In this document: positions 9,015-18,988 of the stretch, in pieces
Numbering within the stretch: position 1 is the first letter of the stretch
Layout: each line of letters opens with the position of its first letter
Assembly (NCBI GenBank): GCA_016699935.1
Contig: CP064992.1
Location: forward strand, 150,001 to 182,000
Length of the DNA stretch: 32,000 nt
Source: Candidatus Saccharimonadota bacterium
Lineage (GTDB): Bacteria; Patescibacteriota; Saccharimonadia; Saccharimonadales; UBA4665
Direction: 5' to 3'
The notes under the pieces: model-generated
Databases searched by the model: none
Seen by the model: only the letters and a program-made list of their open reading frames with translations
Told to the model about the DNA's origin: nothing
Translations under genes and position numbers: made by a program

Positions 9015-9982
9015 CTTTTTACATACCAGTTGTCCATATTTATACGGTTATACGGTCGAATGGCTCCTTCGGCAATGGTTAAACGACCGTTTGGGATAAC
9101 GAGTTCCGGATCAACCACTAGCCTATTGCCCAGTCCAGTACAGACAGGGCAAGCACCGTGTGGGCTATTGAAGCTAAAGGTGCGAGGCTCTAACTCTGGT
9201 ATGGCTACTTCCGGATGATTGGGACAGGCATACATCAGACTATGCATGGCTGATTCTTTGCTGTCAGCATTATAAACAACCATTTTGCCCTCGGCTATTT
9301 CGAGCGCTTGCTCGACGCTTTGAGCTAAACGATTTCGTGAATCACTATCATTCACCAAACGATCAACGACTATTTCTATGTTGTGGCGATAATTTTTGTC
9401 TAGCTCCGGGAATTCATCGAGAGCATAGATAACACCGTCAACGCGTACTCGAGCATAACCTGCCCGCTGGTATTGCTCTGGTATGTGTTCAAAAGCTCCT
9501 TTTTTATCGACAACGACTGGAGCTAAAATCATCAGTTTTGACCCTTCCGGTGCAAGTGCTACCATATCGACGATGTTGCCAGTGGTTTGGCGTACAACAG
9601 TTTCACCACAAGCTGGACAGTGTGGTACACCTATCCTGGCAAATAACAGACGTAAATAGTCATAAATCTCGGTGACGGTAGCGACTGTCGAGCGCGGATT
9701 GCGGCTGGTCGATTTCTGGTCGATTGATATAGCAGGACTAAGTCCGTCAATCTGGTCGACATCTGGTTTCTCCATCAGCCCCAGGAATTGCCTGGCGTAG
9801 GCACTGAGCGATTCAACGTAACGCCGTTGGCCCTCAGCATATATGGTGTCAAATGCTAGGCTAGATTTGCCCGAGCCACTTAGACCAGTTATTACAACCA
9901 TTTTTTCACGCGGGATTACGACATCAATATTTTTCAGGTTGTGTTCGCGGGCACCCTTTACCACTATCTCTTCATGCATCAT
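8957..9982 (-). CDS. uvrA: UvrA N-terminal third
   Basis: ..[59 protein letters not shown].. Joins 7170-9014 if the T5 run at 9017-9021 is read as 6 (..[16 protein letters not shown]..). Confidence 0.95.
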   Translation of the reverse strand: MMHEEIVVKGAREHNLKNIDVVIPREKMVVITGLSGSGKSSLAFDTIYAEGQRRYVESLSAYARQFLGLMEKPDVDQIDGLSPAISIDQKSTSRNPRSTVATVTEIYDYLRLLFARIGVPHCPACGETVVRQTTGNIVDMVALAPEGSKLMILAPVVVDKKGAFEHIPEQYQRAGYARVRVDGVIYALDEFPELDKNYRHNIEIVVDRLVNDSDSRNRLAQSVEQALEIAEGKMVVYNADSKESAMHSLMYACPNHPEVAIPELEPRTFSFNSPHGACPVCTGLGNRLVVDPELVIPNGRLTIAEGAIRPYNRINMDNWYVKSCRLSVKNMVLACTSRLAK

Positions 9983-10046
9983 AAGTCGGTATAGTATACG
10001 CGAACCGCAAGGTTTTTTCTAGACTGACTGGTACAATACATAGATT

Positions 10047-10457
10047 ATGAATTGGCGCCAAAATAGACTACTCGTTGATACAGCTGGCTACTTATTGGTA
10101 ATTGCTTCTGCATTGACGGGGTGGCTACCGGGACCGGGAGGTATTCCTTTGCTCGTTGCTGGCCTCGGATTGCTCAGCATTCACAATAAGTGGGCACAGG
10201 ATCTTCGAGACTACGTTTTGAATAACGGTGGCAAGTTCGTTCAGAAGCTATTTCCTAAACACCTCGTCGCTCAATGGGCGTATGATATCGTAGCAATTGC
10301 ACTGTATTCTGTCGCAGCGTATCTTGCCTGGAGCCATGCAGTCTGGTGGCAAGTCTCGATAGCCGTTAGCTTATTTTTTACAGCAACATTTATTGCGCTT
10401 ATGAACAGAGAGCGCCTGGAATCGCTTAAAAAACGGCGAAGCTCAAAGAAACCATAA
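10047..10457 (+). CDS. PGPGW-motif small membrane protein
   Basis: LPGPGGIPLLVAGLGLL motif, about 4 TM segments and a basic C-terminus. Confidence 0.6.
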   Translation: MNWRQNRLLVDTAGYLLVIASALTGWLPGPGGIPLLVAGLGLLSIHNKWAQDLRDYVLNNGGKFVQKLFPKHLVAQWAYDIVAIALYSVAAYLAWSHAVWWQVSIAVSLFFTATFIALMNRERLESLKKRRSSKKP

Positions 10458-10533
10458 ACATTTTATATAACCTTATTGATTTTTTGGTTATTATGTGATA
10501 TACTCCACCTCATAACACGTTGAGGTGGAAGCA

Positions 10534-10801
10534 ATGTCCATAGAAGAAACAGTTGTGCTCGGTCAAATACCCGGAACTGATTACAGGCCAGGATACGTCT
10601 TTTGGTTTACACTGGGAGGAAGTTTACTACTCCTGTGGATTATGTACGAGCTGTATGTTCGCGTACATCAGGCCGCTCAAAAGACTGCGAGCCCTGCTGC
10701 GGGCTATAGTCAAGCTACTGCGGCTATTGCTTACGATAGGCTTTCACTTTATACACCCACAATTAGCTCTGAGGGTTTGCCGGAAAAATCGTATGAACTA
10801 G
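10534..10801 (+). CDS. Possible small single-pass membrane protein. The end is uncertain.
   Basis: TM segment YVFWFTLGGSLLLLWIMYELYV. The ORF-track frame runs 320 nt antisense into sbcB, which is implausible. Another frame stops at 10801, so a late frameshift is suspected. Confidence 0.25.
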
Positions 10802-11982
10802 GCGTCAAAGTTCGGAAAAATACTCTCAGCGTACAGTTGCAATTCCTCAAGAAGGTAGCGCTTGTTAGCGCTCGTTTCTTGCGCCACAAGCTCACTCAGG
10901 CGATGCATAAATTTGCTCAATCGGCTCTGTTCAGCACCATCAAAGAGCACTTGATGTCGGTGCGCCTCCCAAGCCGCGCGTTCCTCATCACTCAAGCTGC
11001 GAGGGTAATTGCGCGCCTTGAACAGTGGGAGCAAGTCTCGGAGACGTTCATCGTGAAAACTAGCCGCCAACTCTGGCGTGAGTTCCGTCGGCTCAGCAGC
11101 GCGCACGACACCGAGTAGGTTCCCGTCGTGATTGTCAAAAAATCCGTCGTATAGACGTGCATCAACGTCTTGTTTTGTAGCCTTCTGCCGGTTATTTTGC
11201 TCGGCGTCAAGTATGTCGAGTGCGGCGCGAATAGCAACCACGAACTTCGGGTGTCTCAGCAGGATTTCCTGGTGGGTTTTAATTGTTTCGAAATGTAGCT
11301 GAATACGTTTCTGTGATGCGGCGTCGAGCACACTCAGCGGTGCAACCGCCGGGCAGCGATTGTACTGCATGGTTTTGACAGGCAATCGAGCAGGCGCATC
11401 CGTCTCTCTAGTCCAGCGCCAACGCTCCGCCAATGTTTTCGCATCCATATCGAGGTACGGTGTTGGGTCATAGCGCAAGTCATAGACGAGTGCCCCCTGC
11501 TTTTTTGGGTGCTCACAGAGCCGCAGGACAACCGTCGTCTTATCGTACTCGCTCTCATATTTACCGCTGCTGTATACGAACGGCTCCGCTGATTCGGCAA
11601 GCTGCCTCACCTTTGATTTATCACGGTAGTCTCGAAGCCACATAAATAGTTTCGGTTGGTGTGTCTGGATAAGTCTTGCAAGCGCAATACTCGCATCGAC
11701 GTCCGCAAGTGCATCATGAGCACGACTGTGCTCGATACCATTCGCTTTTGTGAGCATCTCCAGGCGGTTCCCCGGCTTACCATCAACGACTGGCCACTGT
11801 AATCCATCTGGCCGTAGAGCACGGGTCATTCGCACAACATCCAGCAAATCCCAGCGACTTCTCCCATCTTTCCATTGCCACTCGTACGGGTCGTGAAAAT
11901 TACGATAATTAAGATACCTCATAAATTCATCATCGAATCGCACAGAATTAAACCCAACGAAAAATAGTACCAGGGTGAGCAA
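10798..11982 (-). CDS. sbcB: Exodeoxyribonuclease I (SbcB), main fragment
   Basis: FVGFNSVRFDDEFMRYLNYRNFHDPYEWQWKDGRSRWDLLDV.., ..IEHSRAHDALADV.., and an SH3-like/helical C-terminal region collinear with E. coli ExoI. Confidence 0.9.
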   Translation of the reverse strand: MLTLVLFFVGFNSVRFDDEFMRYLNYRNFHDPYEWQWKDGRSRWDLLDVVRMTRALRPDGLQWPVVDGKPGNRLEMLTKANGIEHSRAHDALADVDASIALARLIQTHQPKLFMWLRDYRDKSKVRQLAESAEPFVYSSGKYESEYDKTTVVLRLCEHPKKQGALVYDLRYDPTPYLDMDAKTLAERWRWTRETDAPARLPVKTMQYNRCPAVAPLSVLDAASQKRIQLHFETIKTHQEILLRHPKFVVAIRAALDILDAEQNNRQKATKQDVDARLYDGFFDNHDGNLLGVVRAAEPTELTPELAASFHDERLRDLLPLFKARNYPRSLSDEERAAWEAHRHQVLFDGAEQSRLSKFMHRLSELVAQETSANKRYLLEELQLYAESIFPNFDA

Positions 11983-12239
11983 CCTCTTTCTGAAACAGCT
12001 TCAAGAATTCCGCTTCGGTCACACCGTCTGCGAGCGTTTGCTGCGGGGTAATGCCCGTTAGTAGCACGGCGTCGGGTTGCGGCAAAATATCCTCAGAAAG
12101 TTTTATGAGGATATTAACAGGCTCACCCATTGGCTCAAGACCAAGCGTCGTACGTTGCCCCGCAACCTGCATAATGCGGTCTTCACGTGGATTTATCCCG
12201 CTGGTCTCAAGATCATACCAAAAAATGTCGCCTCACTCA
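11948..12239 (-). CDS. sbcB: SbcB N-terminal fragments (Exo I motif region)
   Basis: MSEATFFWYDLETSGINPREDRIMQVAGQRT.. is recovered when the A6 run at 12220-12225 is read as 7. A second shift sits at the A5 run 11960-11964. The ATG is at 12239. Confidence 0.8.
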
Positions 12240-12240
12240 T

Positions 12241-12651
12241 TCACGCTCTTTTCCTTCTTCGCAGACTAAATTTTGGTCGCGTATATCCTATTGGTGGCTG
12301 GGCAAAATACTGCCTAGGAGGTGAGAGTCGATAATATGAAAAAGGGACAAACCGTGCAATAACACTTATACCGTAATCTGTGAGCAACGTATAGCCAACG
12401 GTAAGCATAATACCCCTGCCCCAGTTATAGTCCATTACTCCAAACAGGTTCAAGTAGCCATAGGCCACAACAGCGAGTAGCACAAACCGTCTTCTGTCCG
12501 CTTGGAGAGGACTCATTCTTTGACGCTCTTTGTGATATTCAAGCAGTCCAATTTTAGATCCAAGCCAGGTGCTAACAGTTCTCAAGAAAAAACAACCGCC
12601 CAAGTACAGATAAAGCAGTAGTTTATCTGCTGAAGTAGTGTAGCTGGCCAT
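12241..12651 (-). CDS. Hypothetical membrane protein
   Basis: 136-aa ORF with 3-4 hydrophobic segments and a basic tail. Tightly packed against the sbcB start. No family recognised. Confidence 0.4.
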   Translation of the reverse strand: MASYTTSADKLLLYLYLGGCFFLRTVSTWLGSKIGLLEYHKERQRMSPLQADRRRFVLLAVVAYGYLNLFGVMDYNWGRGIMLTVGYTLLTDYGISVIARFVPFSYYRLSPPRQYFAQPPIGYTRPKFSLRRRKRA

Positions 12652-12673
12652 TCACGTATTGACTGATATGCAA

Positions 12674-13021
12674 TTAATAAACCGAAGAAAGGATAACACA
12701 TATCCAAAAGGAAATACGCACCTGCCTGATCTTCTTTGCTGAGCGCCCATTTTTTTGCACTATGACAATATTGGCTATAAGAATACCTGCCACGAGTATC
12801 ACGTCCGGAGCTATTGCAGCAATACCTTCCCGCCCCAAGATCCTGATGTGATCAATTATTACCGTAAGGTAAGGTGGTGCAAGCACAGAAAGAAGCGGAA
12901 CGGCACTTAGTACAAAATTTATTTCGTTAGTATTTGGAAAGAGTATCTTATACAATCTGTTCACCACTCTCTGTCCGAAATTCATAACACGTAGTATACG
13001 GCAAAGCCTATACGCGGTCAC
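12674..13021 (-). CDS. Hypothetical small membrane protein
   Basis: 115-aa ORF with 3 hydrophobic segments. An internal ATG at 12985 is an alternative start. No family recognised. Confidence 0.35.
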   Translation of the reverse strand: MTAYRLCRILRVMNFGQRVVNRLYKILFPNTNEINFVLSAVPLLSVLAPPYLTVIIDHIRILGREGIAAIAPDVILVAGILIANIVIVQKNGRSAKKIRQVRISFWICVILSSVY

Positions 13022-13053
13022 TACTAACTAAGATAACCAACCTCGCAACTTGG

Positions 13054-13848
13054 CTAGAGCTCTATGGTACCTTTTTTAAATATTATGTGGGTACCGGATG
13101 TTGCACCCATACGCGATAGTTTGTGGGTAATACCCATTTTCCGCATAATGTCTCGCAGTCGGGCAACCGATTCGTCGTTGCTGAAGTCGGTACGATCAGA
13201 AAACTTATCTATCTTGTGACCTAAGACTTTGAATCCATCCTCTGTTTTCTCAACCGTCCATTTGTCTGTGCTCGCCAGCCGGATCACGGGAAGCGCATCT
13301 TCAGACTCCTTAACAGCAACTGCGACTTTGGCTCGTTCTGTCTGTACAACTTTGAGGGTCGCGTAAAGCAGTTCTTTGGTTCCCTGATGTGCTTGCGATG
13401 ATATCGCAAAAAACTGTGTACCTTTCGGTGCTGTTTTTTTGAGAGCTTTTTCGGCGTCAGAAACGAGCTCGGGTAGGCTCAGGTCGATTTTAGTGAGCAC
13501 CACTATTTTCGCCCGGGATGATAGATCTACAGAGTAAGCTTTTACTTCATTTTCTATGGTTTTGTAGTCTGCAACAATATCATTGCTCGTGACGTCAACC
13601 AAATGAAGGAGAACCGCCGTACGTTCGACATGCCGAAGAAATTCATCGCCCAGTCCTTTGCCTTCGGCAGCCCCTTCTATGAGCCCAGGGATATCCGCTA
13701 TCAGCATACTGCCTGCGCCAGGGATGTCGGCAACGCCGAGATTCGGCGTCAGAGTCGTAAAAGGGTAGTCGGCAATTTCTGGACGAGCATTGCTCACCAC
13801 TGACAGGAAGGTTGATTTACCGGCATTTGGTAGCCCGAAGCCCAACAT
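13054..13848 (-). CDS. obg: GTPase Obg/CgtA, G domain plus C-terminal OCT-like domain (fragment)
   Basis: G1 [18 protein letters not shown]3 [10 protein letters not shown]4 LTKID, and the C-terminal ..[11 protein letters not shown].. region. Confidence 0.9.
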   Translation of the reverse strand: MLGFGLPNAGKSTFLSVVSNARPEIADYPFTTLTPNLGVADIPGAGSMLIADIPGLIEGAAEGKGLGDEFLRHVERTAVLLHLVDVTSNDIVADYKTIENEVKAYSVDLSSRAKIVVLTKIDLSLPELVSDAEKALKKTAPKGTQFFAISSQAHQGTKELLYATLKVVQTERAKVAVAVKESEDALPVIRLASTDKWTVEKTEDGFKVLGHKIDKFSDRTDFSNDESVARLRDIMRKMGITHKLSRMGATSGTHIIFKKGTIEL

Positions 13849-13934
13849 CGGCTATGAGCTTGAGTTCAAGCCGAAGATCACGAGCTTCGCCTTCCCCACC
13901 TGGCTCGGCAAATTTCGGTGCTTGGCGCACGCTG

Positions 13935-14321
13935 CTAACAAAGTGGGCATTGCCGTAACCACCGCGGCCGCCCGCTGCAATCACTGCTTCTGACCATCAC
14001 GCGATAAATCCACCAACTCGACACCATTTTCGATACGACCGTGCCGACTGGCACCGCAACGCGAAGATCCTTGCCGGCCCGCCCATGTTTACGCGTCTTG
14101 CCGCCACTACCCCCAAGTTCAGCTGTAAGTTCACGGTGATAGCGAAAGTCCATGAGTGTATTCCGGTTGCGGCTCGCTACAAACACAACATCGCCGCCCT
14201 TGCCGCCGTCACCACCGTCTGGCCCGCCGCGGTCAACGAATTTCTCTTTGCGAAAACTGGTTCGGCCATTGCCACCGTCACCCGCTACCACCCGTACTTC
14301 AGCTGTGTCTATAAACTTCAC
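13935..14321 (-). CDS. obg: Obg N-terminal glycine-rich Obg-fold fragment
   Basis: [45 protein letters not shown].. The region 13849-14030 encodes ..[16 protein letters not shown] / [48 protein letters not shown] in two other frames. Confidence 0.9.
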   Translation of the reverse strand: MKFIDTAEVRVVAGDGGNGRTSFRKEKFVDRGGPDGGDGGKGGDVVFVASRNRNTLMDFRYHRELTAELGGSGGKTRKHGRAGKDLRVAVPVGTVVSKMVSSWWIYRVMVRSSDCSGRPRWLRQCPLC

Positions 14322-14344
14322 GTGGGTATTATAACAGAGGTGGT

Positions 14345-14722
14345 CTAATTGCGCGTAATGTAGTTTGGGTAAGCACTCTGCGAAACGACCGCATAACCGA
14401 CCCGGCCGAACCCAGAAAAGCCATTCATATCACTGACTTTCATGGTGCCATTGTCGTAGACTTCCTCAACAATACCGACGTGTCCGGCCCAGCCAGATGG
14501 CGTTTGGAAAATAGCACCGGCCGTTGGTACGGAGCTCACCCGCCAACCACTGATGCGAGCATAGTATGCCCAAGTATTGGCATTGCCCCAGTTGCCTGGT
14601 GCTCCAGAACGCGCCGCAGCGTAGTACGTACACCACCCAAAGTCATACCCGTTCGCTCCATAGCGAGGCGAAAAGCTTGTAGTATAAACTGAGGTTGCAT
14701 TTGTATACGAACGAGTCACCAC
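14345..14722 (-). CDS. CHAP-domain peptidoglycan hydrolase, catalytic C-terminal fragment
   Basis: GWCTYYAA (Cys), NWGNANTWAYYA, and GHVGIVEEV..GTMKVSDMN (His). Confidence 0.8.
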   Translation of the reverse strand: MVTRSYTNATSVYTTSFSPRYGANGYDFGWCTYYAAARSGAPGNWGNANTWAYYARISGWRVSSVPTAGAIFQTPSGWAGHVGIVEEVYDNGTMKVSDMNGFSGFGRVGYAVVSQSAYPNYITRN

Positions 14723-15447
14723 CGGAATAATTCGCCCATCGCGAATGAGGATCGTTTACCAACTGGTAATCCATTTTCAGCATCGTTGTCTTGAACGATT
14801 TTTTCAGCCGAGGTATGGTATGCCGTAGCAACGCTTTGTGGTGTGTCACCAGTTTTAACCGTGTAGACAATACCACTTACCGGTGGAATAACCAGCTTTG
14901 TACCGGTATTGACACTATCTCCACTGAGGCCGTTAGACCAGCGAACACTCTCTGATGTAATCCCAAACTTTTGCGCGATAGCAGGAACATTTTCACCGTC
15001 ACCAACGCTGTACTCAGCAATGTCTCGCCAGCTTTTCAAGCCAGCCGTAATTACCTGTGGCTTGGCGGCAACGCTCGTGTCGCTGGCGCTAACGACGACT
15101 GCCACACGAGCACTTTGAGCTTGGTTCGTAATAGGTGTACCCTCAGGCAGATTTACTGTTTTTGCAATATTTGCCGCCACATCGAAAGAAGTCAGTCTAT
15201 CGATCGGACTGACTGCTACTGCTTCGGCTGATTTCTGTGACGAAAGATTTGCGGTTGTGTGAGAGTGCGAGCTTGTAATCACAAAGAAAAGCACGCCTCC
15301 GAGAAGCACAAAATTGGCACCGACAAGGCTAAAGCGAACAAGGCGCTTCTTGACGGCTTTACGACGAAGTGATTTCTGAAGCCGATTGCTGGCGAGTTGA
15401 CGTCCCCGCTGGAGACGCTCTGTGGCAATTGACCGAGCTTTATTCAT
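14716..15447 (-). CDS. Membrane-anchored N-terminal part with two LysM domains, belonging to the same LysM-CHAP hydrolase gene
   Basis: Signal-anchor FSLVGANFVLLGGVLFFVI. LysM repeats YSVGDGENVPAIAQKFGITSESVRWSN and YTVKTGDTPQSVATAYHTSAEKIVQDN. A shift near 14750 joins it to the CHAP domain (..GKRILIRDGRIIPVVTRSYT..). Confidence 0.8.
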   Translation of the reverse strand: MNKARSIATERLQRGRQLASNRLQKSLRRKAVKKRLVRFSLVGANFVLLGGVLFFVITSSHSHTTANLSSQKSAEAVAVSPIDRLTSFDVAANIAKTVNLPEGTPITNQAQSARVAVVVSASDTSVAAKPQVITAGLKSWRDIAEYSVGDGENVPAIAQKFGITSESVRWSNGLSGDSVNTGTKLVIPPVSGIVYTVKTGDTPQSVATAYHTSAEKIVQDNDAENGLPVGKRSSFAMGELFRW

Positions 15448-15672
15448 ACTAATGATGTTTCTCCTGGCGCCTCCAGGTCAGATGATCAGAGGAGCCCGAG
15501 TTTTGTGCGCGTTTACGTTACTATGCAGAGATACCCGTAGTATCGTTGTTTTTATATCGTTTGGTGCGTACAAAAGCATAACCACCTACCGTTTTTACCG
15601 GCACGATGGTCACTGGACAATAGTACCAAATGGACATATTTTTTGCAAGTGAAACCACCTTGTTCACCCCTG

Positions 15673-16752
15673 TTAAAGTTGACACAATGTAATGCAATAT
15701 TTTGCTGTTAGGGCTTCGTGTTCGGCGAGAGTTTTCGAAAAGTACGTCTTGCCATCGTCGCCCGAAACAAAGAAGAGCCAATCAGTCGCAGCAGGATTGG
15801 CCACGGCCTCAAGTGAGCTTCTACTGACGTTACCAATAGGCGTCGGTGGCAGGCCATTACGGATTCTAGTATTGTACGGGCTATCAAACGAGACATCACG
15901 GCCTTTGCCCGCCAGAATTGAGCCGTAAAACGCTGTCGGATCACTCCCGAGTGGCATACCTATGTTTATTCGCTTCAAGAAAACCTGGGCGGCCAGCGCT
16001 CGTTCGTCTTGGTTGGATACTTCCTGCTCCACTATAGAGGCGACTGTCAATCCTTCGTAAACAGTCAGCCCCTGACGCTCGATACCTTTCCGAATACTAG
16101 GGGTAAGCTGCTTTTGCATCTGCAGCAGTGATTGATTCACGATGTCTTTGGCACTTGTGGTCGCGGTGCGTTGGAACGTCTCTGGATAGAGATAGCCTTC
16201 TAGGTTATTCCCATTTGGCTTTCCAACAAACAACGGGTTGTTTTCGTACTGGCTAGGCGCAAGAGCAGTGTCGACCTGCGACTCAGAAAATCCTTGGTTG
16301 ATAAGTGACTGCCGAATTTGATCAAGCCGTTTGCCGGGCAAAATTGTTACCAGCGTTGTAGCCACCTTGCCGTGCGTCATCTGCGACACAATCTCCGGAA
16401 TGCCCTGTGTCTGACTTATTTCGTACGAACCTGCTTGGAGGTAACTGCTAACTTTGTGGAACCGGGCATAGTACTGAAATGCCGTTTCGCTCCGAATTAG
16501 GCTCGCTGCTTTTAGCTTTTTAGCAATCCCTTGTACTGTTTCTCCTTGTGCAATGGTGACCGTTTCTGTTCGACTACCACCGACGGGTTTCAGATCTGCC
16601 TGGTAACCTCGCCAGAATATAATTCCGGTAACGAGGCCAACGACAAGGATAATCACCACACTACCAAATACAATCTTCATCATTTTACGTTTGGTCTGAG
16701 GCTTTGCGCGGTAGCCATGTACTTTATATGCCACTGCTGTCTCCTTGTTCAT
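15673..16752 (-). CDS. mltG: Endolytic murein transglycosylase MltG (YceG-like)
   Basis: N-terminal TM, LEGYLYPETF, LTVASIVEQE, SPYNTR..GLPPTPIGN, and FFVSGDDGKTYFSKTLAEH. The ATG at 16752 is preferred because the longer ORF overlaps ruvX. Confidence 0.9.
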   Translation of the reverse strand: MNKETAVAYKVHGYRAKPQTKRKMMKIVFGSVVIILVVGLVTGIIFWRGYQADLKPVGGSRTETVTIAQGETVQGIAKKLKAASLIRSETAFQYYARFHKVSSYLQAGSYEISQTQGIPEIVSQMTHGKVATTLVTILPGKRLDQIRQSLINQGFSESQVDTALAPSQYENNPLFVGKPNGNNLEGYLYPETFQRTATTSAKDIVNQSLLQMQKQLTPSIRKGIERQGLTVYEGLTVASIVEQEVSNQDERALAAQVFLKRINIGMPLGSDPTAFYGSILAGKGRDVSFDSPYNTRIRNGLPPTPIGNVSRSSLEAVANPAATDWLFFVSGDDGKTYFSKTLAEHEALTAKYCITLCQL

Positions 16753-17149
16753 CAAAATACCGTTCCAGTATGAGGGTCGCGGACATGGCGTCAATATCTG
16801 CCTTTGTATAGTCTTTGCCCAGGGCATGCAGTGCGGATTCGGCCTCTTCGCTCGATAGTGTCTCGTCTGCAATTCGAACTGGAACTTCTAGTGCCCCACT
16901 TAGTTCACGTGCAAATGCTTCACACACCTGACTTTGTTTGCTTTCGCTGCCATCCATATTGCGCGGCACTCCCACGATAACGAGCCCAATACTCTCCGCT
17001 GTAATGAGGCGCTGAATATCAGCGACCAGATGGTCGGTGGTTTCTAGCGTCGTCAGTGGTCTGGGTAGCCGCGCAATGGTGTGTGCTATAGCAACACCAA
17101 CTCGTTTTGCGCCATAATCAATTCCGAGTATGTAGTCACTAGCTGTCAT
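16724..17149 (-). CDS. ruvX: Putative pre-16S rRNA nuclease / Holliday-junction-resolvase-like RuvX (YqgF)
   Basis: ILGIDYGAKRVGVAIA.., LVIVGVPRNMDGSES. Confidence 0.85.
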   Translation of the reverse strand: MTASDYILGIDYGAKRVGVAIAHTIARLPRPLTTLETTDHLVADIQRLITAESIGLVIVGVPRNMDGSESKQSQVCEAFARELSGALEVPVRIADETLSSEEAESALHALGKDYTKADIDAMSATLILERYFDEQGDSSGI

Positions 17150-17151
17150 AG

Positions 17152-18315
17152 TTACCGAGTAGTCGTTGGTTTTGCAATAGTAATAGTGATTTTAGTTGTG
17201 TCTTTCGGTGCGGCCGATACCCAGAATGGTCCGTAACTTACTTGCACATCAGTAACACCTGGCAGCGTCCCGATGGTCTGCTTGATGTCATTTGCCTTCT
17301 TGCCTGCAACTTGTTTTTTCAGCTCGTCGACTTTCAGCTCAGGGCCAGCTACCGATTCAACGCGCACACTTACGACGGCGTTCGTCGCAGAGCCAGGTGT
17401 TTGCTGGGTGAAGACTGCCTTTTCGACACCATTGTCGAGAATTTTCTGTTTTTTGGTATCAATTTGCTCCTTCACGTTTGCAACGACAAGTGTCTGAAGA
17501 TCGAGCTGTTTGATACCAAGCAAACTGTACGGTACGACCGCCGTTACGGTGAGCATATCTGCTGGCTCGCCGGGGCTAGCGCTGGGCGTAACTTGTTGCT
17601 CACCGGCTAAAAAGGTCGACGGTATGGGCAAGACACCCTTTGCCTTCAAAGCTGCTTCCATGTCTTGCTTCAGTTGCACTGTGTCTTGAGCGGTAATTTT
17701 GGCCTTGGCTGCATCTATATCTGCCTGTGCGACGACTTTAACGATTACATCTGTACCACCCGAAGCAGAACCGGTACCGGCCGCGCCACCAATCCCACTA
17801 AAAGTTGAGCCCGATGTCAGATTGTATTCTGCGCCTGCCTTGAGTGCGCTAATATCTATGGTATTTGTTGCATATTTCACACAGCTACCACTTGCACCGT
17901 TGAAAGAATAGCTACCTGGTTCCTGAGTAATATAGGTCTTACCAGCACTTGAGACACTCGACCCCGTGGGTATTCCGCTAGGAGATCCAACATCTGGAGC
18001 ACATTTGGTGATAGTAAATTTAACAGTTCCAGTGGCCTTTTCGCCTTTGTTTTGTTGGCCGGTAGTCGCCACCTGCTGAGTATAACTTTTTTGCTGCGCT
18101 TGAGCTGTAGCAGGCACTATCTTATTTTCCTCATCAAGTTGTTTTGCTGCGGTATCGAGCGTGAGATTGAGGCTGCTTTTGATGACCTGCGAGTTAGTTT
18201 CAATAGCCACTGTCGCCTTCGGCAAGACTTTAGTAAACACCCACCCAAAAAATAAGTGCAATAACTCAAGGATTACTAACGCAATACGCAAACGAAACGC
18301 ATCAAAATTCGGCAC
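17152..18315 (-). CDS. Hypothetical bitopic protein: TM helix plus a ~350-aa extracytoplasmic domain
   Basis: LRIALVILELLHLFFGWVF is followed by a Thr/Gly/Ser-rich beta-type domain. It may be the C-terminal part of 18302-18988, joined by one base in the T5 runs at 18324-18334. Confidence 0.5.
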   Translation of the reverse strand: MPNFDAFRLRIALVILELLHLFFGWVFTKVLPKATVAIETNSQVIKSSLNLTLDTAAKQLDEENKIVPATAQAQQKSYTQQVATTGQQNKGEKATGTVKFTITKCAPDVGSPSGIPTGSSVSSAGKTYITQEPGSYSFNGASGSCVKYATNTIDISALKAGAEYNLTSGSTFSGIGGAAGTGSASGGTDVIVKVVAQADIDAAKAKITAQDTVQLKQDMEAALKAKGVLPIPSTFLAGEQQVTPSASPGEPADMLTVTAVVPYSLLGIKQLDLQTLVVANVKEQIDTKKQKILDNGVEKAVFTQQTPGSATNAVVSVRVESVAGPELKVDELKKQVAGKKANDIKQTIGTLPGVTDVQVSYGPFWVSAAPKDTTKITITIAKPTTTR

Positions 18316-18988
18316 TGCGCCAGTTTTTATTTTTACTGACCGGCGTCACGTTGGGCTTCTCTTGTTCAGATAGACTGACTGGGTCGGGGCCATCATCAAC
18401 GATAACTTCTTCGGCTGAATCTATTGGACTGGGCGCCATACCGGCAAGCTCACCGATAGGTGTTGTAGCGGCAGCATCGGCGTTAAAATCTTCATCTGGC
18501 AAGGCGCTATTGTCAGTCACCGAGAGCGGCTCGTCAACACTTTCTGGCTCATCACTTGGCATATCTGGGCGCGGAGGAATAACTGGTTTACTAGACGGCG
18601 TTTCGGCCACATGCATGCCGACAAGACCCGCTAACGGCAAGAGGCTTGCTTCAGATGTGACGAGGACTAAGTTCTTATTTTCAGACTCTGCAGCACGTTT
18701 CAGTAGTCGCATATTGACGATACTCTGTAGCACCGTGGCGCGCTTTGGCAAAACGAGCGCAATTATGCTGCCTTTCGCGTTCGTGACTCGCTCGATGATG
18801 GCAGTAATTTCATCATCAACGTCAACGTATATCGTCTCTTTTGCCGTTGTACCCGAGACTGTATGCAATTTCGGTGCAGACGCAGTCACCGAACTTGATT
18901 GACCGGTGACTTTTAGCTTAATCGGCTTCGGAGATTTCAGCTTTGGCTTGCCGGCTTTCACAACTATCTTATTTTCGTCATCAGACAT
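18302..18988 (-). CDS. Hypothetical cytoplasmic protein with an acidic, Pro-rich tail, immediately downstream of the FtsA-like gene
   Basis: 228-aa ORF overlapping the upstream stop by 8 nt. Conserved-looking core ..ETIYVDVDDEITAIIERVTNAKGSIIALVLPKRATVLQSIVNMRLLKRAAE.. No family recognised. Confidence 0.5.
   Translation of the reverse strand: MSDDENKIVVKAGKPKLKSPKPIKLKVTGQSSSVTASAPKLHTVSGTTAKETIYVDVDDEITAIIERVTNAKGSIIALVLPKRATVLQSIVNMRLLKRAAESENKNLVLVTSEASLLPLAGLVGMHVAETPSSKPVIPPRPDMPSDEPESVDEPLSVTDNSALPDEDFNADAAATTPIGELAGMAPSPIDSAEEVIVDDGPDPVSLSEQEKPNVTPVSKNKNWRSAEF

Noticed and set aside
8574-9218. Long antisense ORFs inside conserved genes: 8574-9218 (+), 7930-8280 (+), 3333-3764 (-), 18351-18902 (+), 21812-22288 (+), 24618-25097 (+), 28558-29108 (+), 31308-31794 (+)
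   Set aside because: They are shadow ORFs opposite strongly supported genes. They have biased low-complexity composition and no motifs.
10802-11118. The continuation of plus-strand ORF 10525-11118 beyond 10801
   Set aside because: It runs 320 nt antisense through the well-supported 3' end of sbcB. Only the first ~90 codons, which include a TM helix, are plausible.
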